A DNA stretch of 64,000 nt from Lama glama (taxonomy: Eukaryota): positions 45,820,001 to 45,884,000 of the forward strand of contig CM052817.1 of NCBI GenBank assembly GCA_028534125.1, written 5' to 3'. This document shows positions 26,371 through 38,700 of the stretch, piece by piece; positions within the stretch are counted from its first letter, which is position 1; the number at the start of each line of letters is the position of its first letter. A program made the translations under genes and the position numbers. The notes under the pieces are model-generated. The model was not told where the DNA came from, searched no databases, and was given only the letters and a program-made list of their open reading frames with translations.

Positions 26371-27174
26371 GTAAATTTTGTTCTAGGAGAGGATTGATGA
26401 ACTCACGTAGACCGAACTGAAAAAATTTCCTCCCCTACCCGTGAAAGAGGCCTATAGGGTATTGGGGAGGAGACAGGAACATTTACCTTGTCCACAGTAA
26501 GTTTCTTCACTGTGGGACAAAGGATGCTACAGGCGAAAAGTCCTCATATCAGATGTGTTCATTTGGGTAACATCAATACCTTCTAATACAATGGTGCAAG
26601 GTGGGTATTCAATATATATTTGGTGAACTAGAATGTAGGGACAAAAGAAGGAAAAAATTGAAGAGGGGACAATTTTGCCACTGTGTGGGTTAGGAAAATA
26701 TTTTCTATTTGGCCAGTTGTTTGCAAGTCTTCCCACAATGTTACTTCTATTTCTCTATTCCTTACTCCTCCCTCAACATATTTTTTTGACCCCTGATGCA
26801 TTCTACTGTGCTTCATAAGTCTGCTTTCCTGAGATTCCTATAGAGGTTTCTCCACCTCCTCTTCTAACAACTTCTTTCTAATCTTTTGTTCCAATAATTG
26901 CTACAATTGCACCAAATCTTGGGATAAATTTGAAGCTACCAAATGAAAGAAGGTCAGAGGGGTCTACGGGAGTACCAGAGGGAAAAACAGTGCCCAGGAA
27001 TTTCATGGAATTTCAGGCTCACTGTTACTTTCCCATCAGAGCTTTGCTCAGTGCTCTATCCTTCCCTCCACTAGGACTATTAGTAAGAGAAGGTTAGTGA
27101 AGGAAACCAGTTCCTACTAGTTCTTCCTATGTAATCTATAAACAGACTTCAAAATAGTTGAACAACTATAATAC

Positions 27175-27330
27175 ACTGAATAATTTCCAATATGCCAGAC
27201 TTTGCCTTAGAGATATATATCACTGGAAATCAAAAAAACTGTGCCAATCATTACTATCACATTTTGGAAATGAGAAAACTGAGGTTCAGAAAAATGAGTA
27301 ATTTGTGATCCAGACATTCAGTGACGAGCT
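27175..27330 (-). mobile_element. MIR fragment
   Basis: cattttggaaatgagaaaactgaggttcaga, MIR core. Confidence 0.6.
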
Positions 27331-28584
27331 CCAATCCGAACAGACTAAACAACCTTCCAAACCAATTGTATGTAGTATTCCACTCTGTTGTCCCACCCAG
27401 AAGAGTGTCTTGCTGATGGGAAACTATGACCATGTAGAAAGGGATGGAGCCATTGTGGCAGGTGTATTAGGGAGGGATGTCTAGGGCCTGCCATGTTACA
27501 GCATCAAAATCATTAAGCGTCTTAGGTGCTTGCCTACTTAGTCCACAACTAGGGCCTACACACAAACCCAGATTAAGAAAAACATCGGAAGTATCTTTTT
27601 GAAGTATGTATGAATATGATCAAAGGAGAAGGTCGTAATGATGAGCTGAAACTGATAGATAAAATATTACAGAGAGGGTTATATTTAAGATTTATTAAAC
27701 TTCTCTTAAACTGCCATTTAAAAAAGACAGCAAGTCAAACAGACTGAGGCATGCATATAAAAAAAACAATCCCTGAAAGACTGAAGAGGAAGGCATGATA
27801 AAGAAGGTAAAGAAAAATAAAGGAAAAATAATAACCCCCTTCCCTGAGACAAACTAGATTGTAAAGCAAAATCACCTGCATACAGCTTCTGAGCACTGAG
27901 TTCTTCACTCATGCACTACTGACTTTAAATAATCTATAATGCATAACGTTTATCACTACTATAAAACATTATATTCGCCATTCATATTTCTTTTTATTCA
28001 TCTACCCTTATTCAATTAAATGCTGTTAATGAACACTAGGAAATCTTCCTTTACTGAATGCTTAAAAGTCATAATTTGGAGAATATGTGCTGATCTTGAA
28101 TGGATATATTCCAGAATTTTCCTTTCTACCACCACATGTGTGTCTGTCCACATAGGTGTTGTGCCCCACAAGTAACCACAAACATATTTTGTCCTGCCCA
28201 GAGAAGGGGGGTGGAGTGTCCCTGCTGGAGGCTGCTTTGTGTGGGAAGAGGAAAGATTGATGCTTAAAGGCCTCCGAAGGCATCCACTTAAGCCTCATAC
28301 CAGATTTGGAAGGGCTGGTTATACCAGCCTAAAGCTGGAACAGGAAAAATACCATTCAAGCAAACTCTGGCTTGGGGAGTCTGGGTATACAAGTCGTACC
28401 TTGTGACTCTGGTGTAGATTTGACCCGTTCTTATTTTAGTAACAGCTCAGGTTACAATCTAAAGCATGGAGACACACCTCAGTTACATGAATGAGTCCTC
28501 AAGAAGGTCAGTTCTTACCTCCTACTCTTCCAAAGGTAGTGGCTGGAACTCAGATTTACCTTCTCCTGTGGTGAATGAATTGGG

Positions 28585-28720
28585 AGAAACAGAAAGAAGA
28601 AGGGGGAGGAAGAGGAGGAGGAGAAGGAAGAGAAATAAGGAAGGAAGGCAGGAAGAAAAGAAGGAAGAAAGGAGGGCAGGCGAAGGAAAGCAAGAGGAAG
28701 AGAAAGATAGAAAAAAGTTG
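28585..28720. repeat. GA-rich low-complexity tract
   Basis: agaaagaagaagggggaggaagaggaggaggagaaggaag... Confidence 0.85.
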
Positions 28721-30069
28721 CTTGACCTTGAAGAGATTGGAACTCTGGTGCCAGAAAATTTGGAAGGCATATTCTCTGGTGTACTTTTTACTTTTGGCAA
28801 TGAATAAAGCCCTTAGGGAATGATATTAATTTATCTGGCCTACTTAATATATTAAAGTACACTATTTCATACTCTAGCGGCCTGGAAAAGTTAATTGACC
28901 ATTCGAGTGGCATGAATATCAAGTCCTGGCACTTTACAATATTCGACAAACACCTGGTATTGTTTGCCTAGGTTTGCTTTATTTTATATTAGGATCTATG
29001 AAGAAGGAAAATAAAATAATAAGGTTCTGTTGAGGATAGCAGGATGGTTGTTGGCTAGGGTACCATCTCAGAGTGAGAGTTGCCTTAGCAAAGGTCCTGA
29101 TGCAGAGAGAAGGAGAGAGTATTAGAAAGAAAAAGGGAAGGATGGAGACTGAAAGGAGAGAGATGATGTCAAATCCACTGGTTTCTTTTTCTCTTGACCT
29201 TTTTACCTGAGATGCAGTAATCATCTATCCCACAGTCTTGGATTTCTCTCAGCCTCATGCTTGTCCTCTCTACCGATTCTTTTATGAGCTGACATGTGGG
29301 GGCTAGAATGGGATTCTGAAAATTAACCGATTTTTAGACCTCTGGATATACTGGTTGCCTAGGGCACTAAAATAATGTGAATTGGTTTTGAAATGAAATG
29401 TCACTTGTGGAAGAAAAGTGCATAATAATTTGTTTAATTTAAACAATGAGGTGGAAAGGGCAGACATCTGAACTGCATTTCTTACGTAAATGGATGTTTA
29501 TCAGACTTCGGATGTTCTAGAAATACAACTTTTGTACTGAGGGGGCATGATTACACATACAGATCTCGCAAGAGGAATATAGATCAGCATGAAAACCGCT
29601 GTACCCTTTGGTTATTTTGGAGGCAAATATATGGGTCACGTAAGGTAAAACCAGTTGCTGCTTTCTCTCTTTAAAAGCTGTAAGGATGCCTTCGTGTTCC
29701 AGAAAATGCTTGGCGCAGAACCATCAGATGCCCCCTCTCCCTAAAGCGGAGATGTGATGGAGTAGAGATCCTGCTTGGCAGGCCACAAAATGCAAAAAGC
29801 ATTCTCCTTGTTCTCAGAGATTTGACAAAGTAGAGGAGTTAAAAAAAAATGAAAATACAATGAATAAACGAGTAAATGGAGAAATAAAAAATGTAAGTGA
29901 CATTTCTAAAATAGCTCCTGGTGAGCGCAAACTCCCAGATACTCAACAAATTATATATAGAAAAGAAAGGATTGTAGATTGTCAAATGCCTGAGGTTAAC
30001 CACAGTGCGTGTTGGCTCTGGTCCCTCCAAGACAACAGCAGTTGGCTGAAATAAGGGAAGTTAGAATTC

Positions 30070-31130
30070 CAGCCCGGACGGGTCTCTGAGTCTTGCTCAG
30101 TGGGTTCCAGGAGTTCATAGCCGCCTTTCCCGAGCTCTGCCTGCAGGCCCCTTACCTCGGACCCCTCCGCGCGCACCCTCCTCCGCGCACTCACCACCTC
30201 CTCGACTCCCCAGGGACAGGGACAGGAACCAGCAGGTGCGACCCAGCAGGGGGAGTGGTGAGCTGGCCCGAGGGCAGCCCGAAAGTGTCCTGGAGCGTGG
30301 GTGTGGGTGTGGGGTAACTTGGGTGGGAACAACGTAGAGGCCACCACCACGAAGCCCTGCGCCTCTTCGGCGGGGTGTGTGCGGAAAGAGTGCGGATAAA
30401 TAGGAGGCACCCTCCTCCCGGCGACATTCGCCTGGCCGGCCGGCCGCCCGCCCTGGGTGTTTGCCCGAGCGGTAGCCAGGGTGCCAGCGTGGGGAGTAGT
30501 TTCGTTTCCTGCTGGCTCCGGGATCCGTTTCCAGGCACCCCGTCCCGGGAAGAGGGCGCAGGAGGAGGCGGGAGACTTGTCTCGGGGCTGCCGGGCCCCG
30601 CAGCGGGGTTGATGGCCCGGGTCGCCCCGGGCAGCAGCGCCAGCAAATTGCCACTGCTTCTGGCCCTCGCCCTGGGTAAGTGGCTGCCCTGGACACTGGA
30701 GACCCAGGAGGAAAGTCTGGGGTGGAGTCGCGGGAGGGCGAATCTTTCGCACTGGCAGCTGGACCCGAGGGCGTCCCGGGGCTGGCAGGGGCGGGTCGGA
30801 GAACTGGACCGGCTGGGACGGCGTGGGGTTGAGGATCCGCACTTAGGCACCCGGGGCTGCACCTGACGCTGCGGGCTTGGGCGCGGGGGCCGCACAGCAC
30901 AGAAGGTCGGCGCGCAGGATGCGGGTGTCCTTCCGCCGTGGGGCGCCGTGCAGGCCCGCGAGGGGTGGTGGCAGGGACGTCCGCCAAAGCGGGAGCCTGG
31001 GAGACTAAACAGAGAAGACACCCCGCGGACGACAGAGAAACGGGAACCCCTAGGCTTGAGATGCGGGCCTCGGGGAGTGCGGGGCAAGGGGGAGAACGAT
31101 TTGCCTGATGTGTGCGCCCTGGGCGTGTGC
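30070..31130. promoter_or_regulatory. CpG island, BTC promoter and 5' UTR
   Basis: Abrupt GC- and CpG-rich block in an AT-rich, CpG-depleted window, spanning exon 1; GC/GT-box-like motifs; TATA-like GATAAATA at 30395-30402; no ATG between it and the start codon. Confidence 0.92.
30612..30675 (+). CDS. BTC: BTC exon 1, coding part (start codon and most of the signal peptide)
   Basis: ATG at 30612 inside the CpG island; encodes MARVAPGSSASKLPLLLALAL+G; donor G|GTAAGT at 30676 (phase 1). Confidence 0.96.
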
Positions 31131-34100
31131 TAGGGACAGGAGGGGGACCACCCCTGAGAGCCGAGAGCTGGCAGTGGCCTGAGAATGAATTATTACACCT
31201 ATTTCTTGCTGGCGAAGTTGAGAGGAGCAGTAGGAGAAAAAAAGACTCAACTTCTGAGACCTGGATCTCCTGTCACTGATAGGGAAGAAAAGAGAGATGG
31301 CATATTTTACTGAGGGGTCTATTGATGAAACACGTAGATGCTTTACTTGGAGTATATTATTTCCTCTTTTAAGGAGAAACTGCGGAGAGAAAACTTCCTC
31401 CTCACTTTGAAGGTGAAACTTGGGCTGTTAGTTTAGGGACTGCTGGGTGTGGTCACCTGGTGTGAGGGAAAGGTGGCCAGTGGGAGGAGTGGCAGAGGCC
31501 ACCGGAACCTGCTGGAGGCTCCCCTCACCTCCTTGCGAGTCTGCTGGCAGAGAGATGCAGGGGAAAGTCTGCAGCTGGAAGCAAGGCGCCCCTCACCCTC
31601 CAGTATGGGAAGGGAGCAGGAAGGTACTTAGGTGGGAAAATCCTACTACTTCAAGGCATCCTCTCTGCATTATGGCCATTTTGAAGAGAGGCGAACAGAG
31701 GGAAGGGAAACCGGCAGTATTTTGTAGTCCTAGCTGGAGTGAGTCATAGGGACACCTGGGCTTGGGGCATCGAGGTGGGAGGATGGGTGTTTCTAGCTGA
31801 AGGGTTTATGTGATGAAGACATTGCCTTCCAACCTGGGAAGGGCTTGGCTTTCTCTTATGGAGGAAAAAAGGTGAGATCTAAATGGAAACTTCCATTTAG
31901 CTATGTCCTAGGAATAAGAATGGTGTCTAAAGAGGTGTCGTGACCTTGGTTGGAAGTGGATCAGACTTGGATTGTAGATAGAGAGAAAGGACTGATTTAC
32001 AAACCTTGCAGAGGAAGAGATCAGAAGCGATTTAGTGATGAGTGATGTGGAGCCCGAAGGGCAATGGGCCTGACAGTGAGGCCTAGAGATAGTGCTGGTG
32101 CTTTTGCCCTCATCGCTTGGATGAAGCCGGCATTCTCTTCCTTCACCTTATCTGGATTGCCCAACAGCCAGAGTACTTACTGAGAATCTGCTGCAGTCAG
32201 CAAGGCGCTAGATGCTATGGGGATGAGGGTGGGAATCTGGCTCAAGAGAGTCCTAAGATACGATTTCTGCCCTAAAAGATGTTATGTTGGACTTGGGAAT
32301 GCAGGACTGACAGATCTGAAGCAATAAGAGAAAAAGTCATGAAAGCAGAGAAAAGAGAGCTCAACAGGGAGGAATGGAGCAGGGGGGAGACTGCCTGGAG
32401 GACCTGAGCGGGTAGGATTGAAACTTGGTAGGATTTGAAGCTGTAGGGAAAAGAGGGGGACAAGAGAGGGGAAAAACATTTAGTATGGGGTTAGTGATGT
32501 GGGAATAAGATTACTTTCCTAGAAAGACAGATAATCAGCCTTCCAGAAAGGAGAATTTGTGAGAGGCAGATAGATTATGAAGAGCCAAAAAAACTGACAT
32601 GAGTCAATAAACAATTAAACATACAGTAACACAGGTCTGGAATACAGGAGTAATATAAAGCAAACAGTGATGTAAGGAGATATACCTGGCAGTGGTGTGC
32701 AGTGTGGGAGGAGGGGAGGGGCCAGGGGACCCGGCTGTCTCATAGGTATCATCTAGGCACGAGCGAATTCAGGCCTCGATTAGGGTGATGCGCCGGCTGA
32801 AATGTTATGGTAGAAACAACCCTTCCAGGTTGATGGGCATTCTTCCCTAAATACTATCGCATCGTGTTTTTTTTTTTTCCCTCATAACTCATAAAAAAGG
32901 CAGAAATGAAAAAACAGAACTCTAATTCAGTGCTGTTGTAATTCAGGGTAACCTAGGTGTGCCATTGCCTTGTTGAATGTCTGGTTTAGGGAATTGGATT
33001 CAGTCTCTAGATCCCCTAAGAGCCTTACTCTTTGCAGGATGACAAAGGTTGTTGACACCAGTGTTTGTATTAAGTGGTCCTATTTCTTTCATATACACTT
33101 TACTTTTAAATCTCATCCCCAACTTAAGTCATATGTTATTTTGTTTACTTCTTGAAAAGAATGTGAGCCATGGTTGTGTGATGTTCTAGGGTGTGTGTGT
33201 GTGTGTGTGACACGGTGGAGTGCACCTTTAGAACTGGTGCTGGGCAGATGTGAGATCTGGTTCCAGCTCTACCATTCTGTGACTCTGAGATGAGTTACAA
33301 CTTTCTGAGTATTGTTTTTCTCATTCGAAAAATCAGGGGGTTGCTTTGGATGAGATTAAGGTCCTTACCAACCTGACATTCTACTCATCTTTAACCAAAA
33401 TTTCTATTGAGAATTTAAGAGAAAATCTTTTTACAATTATATTTAAGTTCCACTTACTTTGCAATGGATCTTTGTTTCATGTAACCTTTGCCATAACAGA
33501 GAGAACCATGGATGCTTGTTTCTTTGATAAACATGGGTAAAGAACCAATAACTTTAAGTGTTTCTTTTTTTTCATCTTGAAGAAATTGGATTCCCTTTTG
33601 ATTCTGTTTTTAAATTTCTCCCTCTCATCCAATTGCTATAGGAGACTAAAGATGAAACCATAGCCCATGAAAAAAGGAAAAAAAAATTTCTTTTTTAAAA
33701 AATGAGTGAGTTTTAAGGTCAAAATATGTCCCCCTCCCCTTATAAAAATTGAAACCATTAATCTATGTAAGTTGGTTTTAAGTTCTTCTAGAGAATGTGA
33801 GTGTATTCATGATGTAATATCTAGCTTCCAAGTTGTAAAGTAGGTAGGTGGCAGCAAGTAAGATTCTCATTGTCCTAAGGAAGTGACCGAAGCCCCCTAC
33901 ACTGACGATTTTAGAACTTGCCTCTTCAGTTGTGCCCTTTGGCTTAGAATAGCATTGAGAGTTTTTTTCCTCTTCAAAATTCCCAGGTTTCACAGGCCAC
34001 ACTTGCCTATGAACAACTGTTACAAATCAAATTTTGCTATTGCTCCATTCTCAGTTGTTGTGTGGAAATTCTCAAATAATTCTGGAAGAAAGACCTCAAT

Positions 34101-35716
34101 TTTGTAGGCAAGCTTTGTTGTGCCCACTGTGGTGGCCATGCCGTTGCTTGGCCTGCTAATATCTGTGCAGAAGCCAAAGATGCCTAGGACAGAGAGGACC
34201 TGTGTCTGTCCATGCCCCTGCACTGCCCCATCTCTGCTGTGACTGCTCACCCCAGTATCCCGTGCTCCTTAAATCCATGGAGAGCCCAGTCCAATCCAGG
34301 GAAAGCCTCATCTTGTTTTTTCCTCACCCTCTGATAGTAGTCAGTTCATGCCAGGACACGGGCATGAATGTCACTAGGAGGCTGGTGCAAGTGACAGAGA
34401 AACAGGCACCAAACTGCACCCTGAGCCACCCCTCTGATCCATGAAGCCTGCTTGTCACCTTCTCCGTTAAGATTAGTGTCTTGCCAGGAGGGTCCAAGTA
34501 AGCCAGAATCTGGGCTTAAGTCGTGATCCTGAAACACTTCCAACATTGCTAACAAACCCCTGGATTCACAAGGAATCCATATTCCAGTTGGTCAAGAATC
34601 CCCTAAAAGTAAAATTTAAGAGGAAAGCAATCTGATTAAAATGCTCTGCTTTGTGTTCCTAATGACTGCTAGTTTGCCCAGGCATAATTGTATCTTAAAA
34701 AAGGACCTACCAACTGATGGAAAAAATTTCCTTGCCTTTATTTTTCAAATTCCTGCTCCCACTAGTTATGAAATAGATAAAAATTCGCAAAAGAGTTGTA
34801 TTTTAGCTGGTTTTGATAGCAAGGAACAAATGTAAGAAAATGACACTGCAAAAGCAAAATGCTTATCCACTTTCTAAAAAAAAAGTCTCTATAGATTCTT
34901 CTTCAACTGCTGATTCTGATTCTAGTTTTATGCAGTGCAAAGCTTTATAGCACTTGTCTGGCTTTGATACCAAACCCAGCATCATAAGGTGAATCAGAGA
35001 AAAGGCTGGCCTTTACTAGCAGACAAAAATAAAATATTTACAAGATAATATTAATATTTTAAATCTCATCAAAGTGGGGTTGTCTCATTTATTTTGGTTA
35101 TATAAATAATTACCTTAACTGAAAAATAATAAAACTGCCCTTTTGAAAGAATGGATGATAAATACAATGGAAAATAACAAGTATTTTAGAAGAAATTTTT
35201 ATGACAAAATAATTTTTTTCAGATATTCAAAAGCAGACAGCCATGCATAGATTTTAAGTTATCCCATAACAAATGTCCTGTAACATTGAGAAAATTACTT
35301 ACTTTTCCTGTGCTGCATTCTCCCATCTACAGGATGATAATTATGATAGTACCCACCATAATGCTGAAAATATGAATGAATTTTTTAGCAGATTATAATT
35401 CCAGATCTAGCATAGTGCCTAACACACAATAAATCCTCAGTAAATATTTGTTCCAATACTAAGCCTATGGGTATTTTGTGAGATCAAATGGCATTATACA
35501 AAAGAAGACCAAGGCAAAACCATAGAGATAGAAAATAGAATGGCAGTTTCCAGGGACTTGGGGAGCAGGGAATGGGGAGTTATTGTTCACGGGTACAGAG
35601 TTTCAGTTTAGCAAGATGAAAAGAATTCTGGAGATAAGGTGTTTATGATTGTCCAACAATATGAATGTACTTAATATCACTGAACTGTACATTTAAAAGT
35701 GGTTAAGATGGTAAAT

Positions 35717-35759
<43 letters not shown>

Positions 35760-38700
35760 CCACAATATATGTAATAGGGGAAAAAAAGAGGACTGAGAGG
35801 AGAGTGTTGGTGGCACCCACCTATGTGGTGTGGGAGTCAGAAAAACAACAGGTAGAATTGAATGAAAATGGAAGGACAAGTCAGGAATCCAAAGAGGGGT
35901 GGATTTTAGATGGAAGATTTGGGAAGGTCAACCGCATCAAATACTGTGAGATGGAGGAGGCTGTGGCTCAAGAGGAGGTCACTGGAGAGTGAGCTATGAG
36001 GAAATCATCTCTTGAAAGACCAGCCAGGAGGTTAATGGTAATTGATGAAGCCAAGTACACACCCACACACCCACACACCCACACTTGAAAGGATAGAGGT
36101 CTGGGTGCTGGGTAGAAAATAGAGAAAGTTTTGAGTATGAAAGACAATTGAAAATAGTTGGAAAGTTGACTCAGCTGAGGTTTCCTCTGTGTAGTTCAGA
36201 GTACACAACTTGCATGAATGAACTAAAGTTCCAAGAAGACAGCTTTCACCTTAATTTAGGAAATTTTTTCCCAATTAGAGCTTTGGAAAAGTGAAATCAG
36301 CTGTCTTGGGATGTGGTGGGCTTCCCATGCCTGGACATATTGGGGGTCTGGATGGCGTTTACAGGAAGCTTCTGTAGAGGTGATTCCTAGGTAAGGTAGT
36401 GGGTGGACCAAATGACCACCAACTGTTCTTATGTCTCTGTGAATGATAGGTGTTACTAAGTTACTTCAGTTTGGAAATATTTTGGAGGTTGGTAGAGAGC
36501 TTCAAGCTAAGAAACTGCCAGCTGACTTCTATGAGAAAAGGCAGGACATGTGGGGACTTTGGGAACCAATGGTAAAGAATTTTAAAAAAGGAAGTCACTT
36601 GAGCCTCCTTCTCCCCTCAATCCAAAGCTGTTCAGTGACCATGTCTTTTCATGAATAGAAATATCAAAGTTAACATCACCAGTAATGTCATGTAGATATC
36701 ATGTTCTCCTCGTATGATGTGATGGCAGGATATCTTGGGATATAGTACTGACCCCATGCTCCAGGCTCAGTTTTTGCCTTAAAGACTCTGCACTCTTTAT
36801 TTTACCATCTATTAGGATAATAATTATCACCTGGGATCCGGTAGTGAAGGGGAAAAAACCCTGGCATAACAATAGTTGATAAGTTACATTGACAAAAATT
36901 TCAGATGTTGTTATTTCAGGAGACAGTTCTAACATTGCCATCTTATGGTAGGAAACTTCTGTGAGAAGATTCTCTACTCATTTTTAGATAAATGATAATT
37001 ATCCTGTAATAAAGGGCAAGAATAACAAAATGTGATTTAGATGTGAGATGAAACTGTGCACTTTCCATTTGTCTTTGCAAAAGTCTGAAGAAGGAAACAC
37101 ACCCCATTCTTTCTTACTGATTTCTACCCCACAGCATGCACCATTATTAAATACTTGAGTGTTTTTTTAGGTTAGTCAGATTCTTTATTTGGAATCTGTC
37201 TTTCAGGATGAGGTGAACAGATGTTGCAAAGTTACAACTGGAAATATGTGGTGTGACTACTTCTTAATGAGTCTTATTTTCATAGGTCACACAAGAAAAT
37301 CAATTGAATTATTTCACAGTCACACCACACATATCAAGGAAGCCCTTGTTTCTTAATCCTTCTTTGTATAATTCTTCACTCCAGCTTCACATCTTTACTC
37401 ATCGTCTCCCCAGACACACTAAACGCATTTCTATGTCATTGCCTCTGACCCAGTTTAGTTTCTAGCTTCTTTTGTGAAAAATTTCCTTATAATTTCTTCA
37501 GCTTAACACATTGTCTCTTTTTGGAAATCCAATAGAATTTATTTTCTTTATATCTGGCAGCTATGATATTTCTGATATCTGCAAATGGTTTGATCAACAA
37601 AGTCGTAATGAATTAATGTTAAGTTGGGTTGACTTATCCTAACGCATTTTAAGGACCTAAGTTCTGGGGCTGTTTCTGGTTGGATCTGCATCTACTACCT
37701 ATCTCCTTTTCTTTAGCTTTATTAAAGTTTAGTGACTGTTTCCTCATGGGTCAGAGGCTGTGTTAGCTCTGGATCCAGAGGCCAGCTCCACTATTCCTCC
37801 TCATTTAGCACTCGGATCATCCTCGCTGACAACAAATTGTTCTTTTTCCTTGGTTCCTTTGCTTCCTCTCTTTGAACTATTATGGAAATTCAGTGAGCCC
37901 AGAGCTTTTCATTTAAAGTGCTATAATGTCTGACTGTCAGATCTGGCCTTATCATAAAGGAATGAGTATCAAAAGGTCAAGTTTTGACAACTGATGATTT
38001 CTAAGAAACTCGCTCTAGGTTACTGTAGGGTTCCCATTCAATTTAGTCATTGTTGTCACAGGCTCAATAACGGTCACGGTGAAAAAAAAAAAAAGTTGGT
38101 TTAGTGGCAATGGCATTATCGTGGTGTTGACAGCTTTCAGATATGGAAGTTAGTTTATGTATGACAGGTTGTTAAATTACTTCCCTCTCTGGGCTTCAAA
38201 GATAAAAGATGTGGAGTACTTTTATGAGTTAGAAAAGTGTTGTCCATCATTCTAAGCCCTTCTTAAAGACCAGGATATTGTTTATACCATTTGGAATAGA
38301 ATTTTGTGCTGGAGTTTGTATTCTACTTTCCTGATTTTGGATGGACATAAACTATCTGTGAAGACTCCCTTAGTTTTTCTCTGCCCTTGTTTTGGCCTCC
38401 CCTCTCGGCTGTGAAAATCTAGAAGCTTATCTTTCAGTTTGATAAATTAGGCAGTTCTCCGGTTGTGTCATTTTAGAGACCTTAGAAAAATCCCTCCTTG
38501 TCCTGGAACAGGGCTTCCCCTGAGAGCTTCTGATGCCCCAGATCCTCACTGTGTTGGGACACAAGTTTGTACACTTCTTAAGAGCCCTTCAACTACCCCC
38601 TTTGTCTCTTGCTCAGCTTTCCACCCATACCAGGTTGCCCCTCTTTTTGGACCTAGATACAACACCATGTTCCAGGGCATGTATCCCAGCCTCTCACTCA

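Noticed and set aside
28466..28823. Charged low-complexity ORFs
   Set aside because: Product of a GA-rich tract; no splice structure or recognisable domain.
29982..31087. Three overlapping minus-strand ORFs of 286-298 aa
   Set aside because: Expected stop-codon scarcity in a CpG island; P/R/A/G-rich with no domain. Antisense transcription cannot be judged from sequence.
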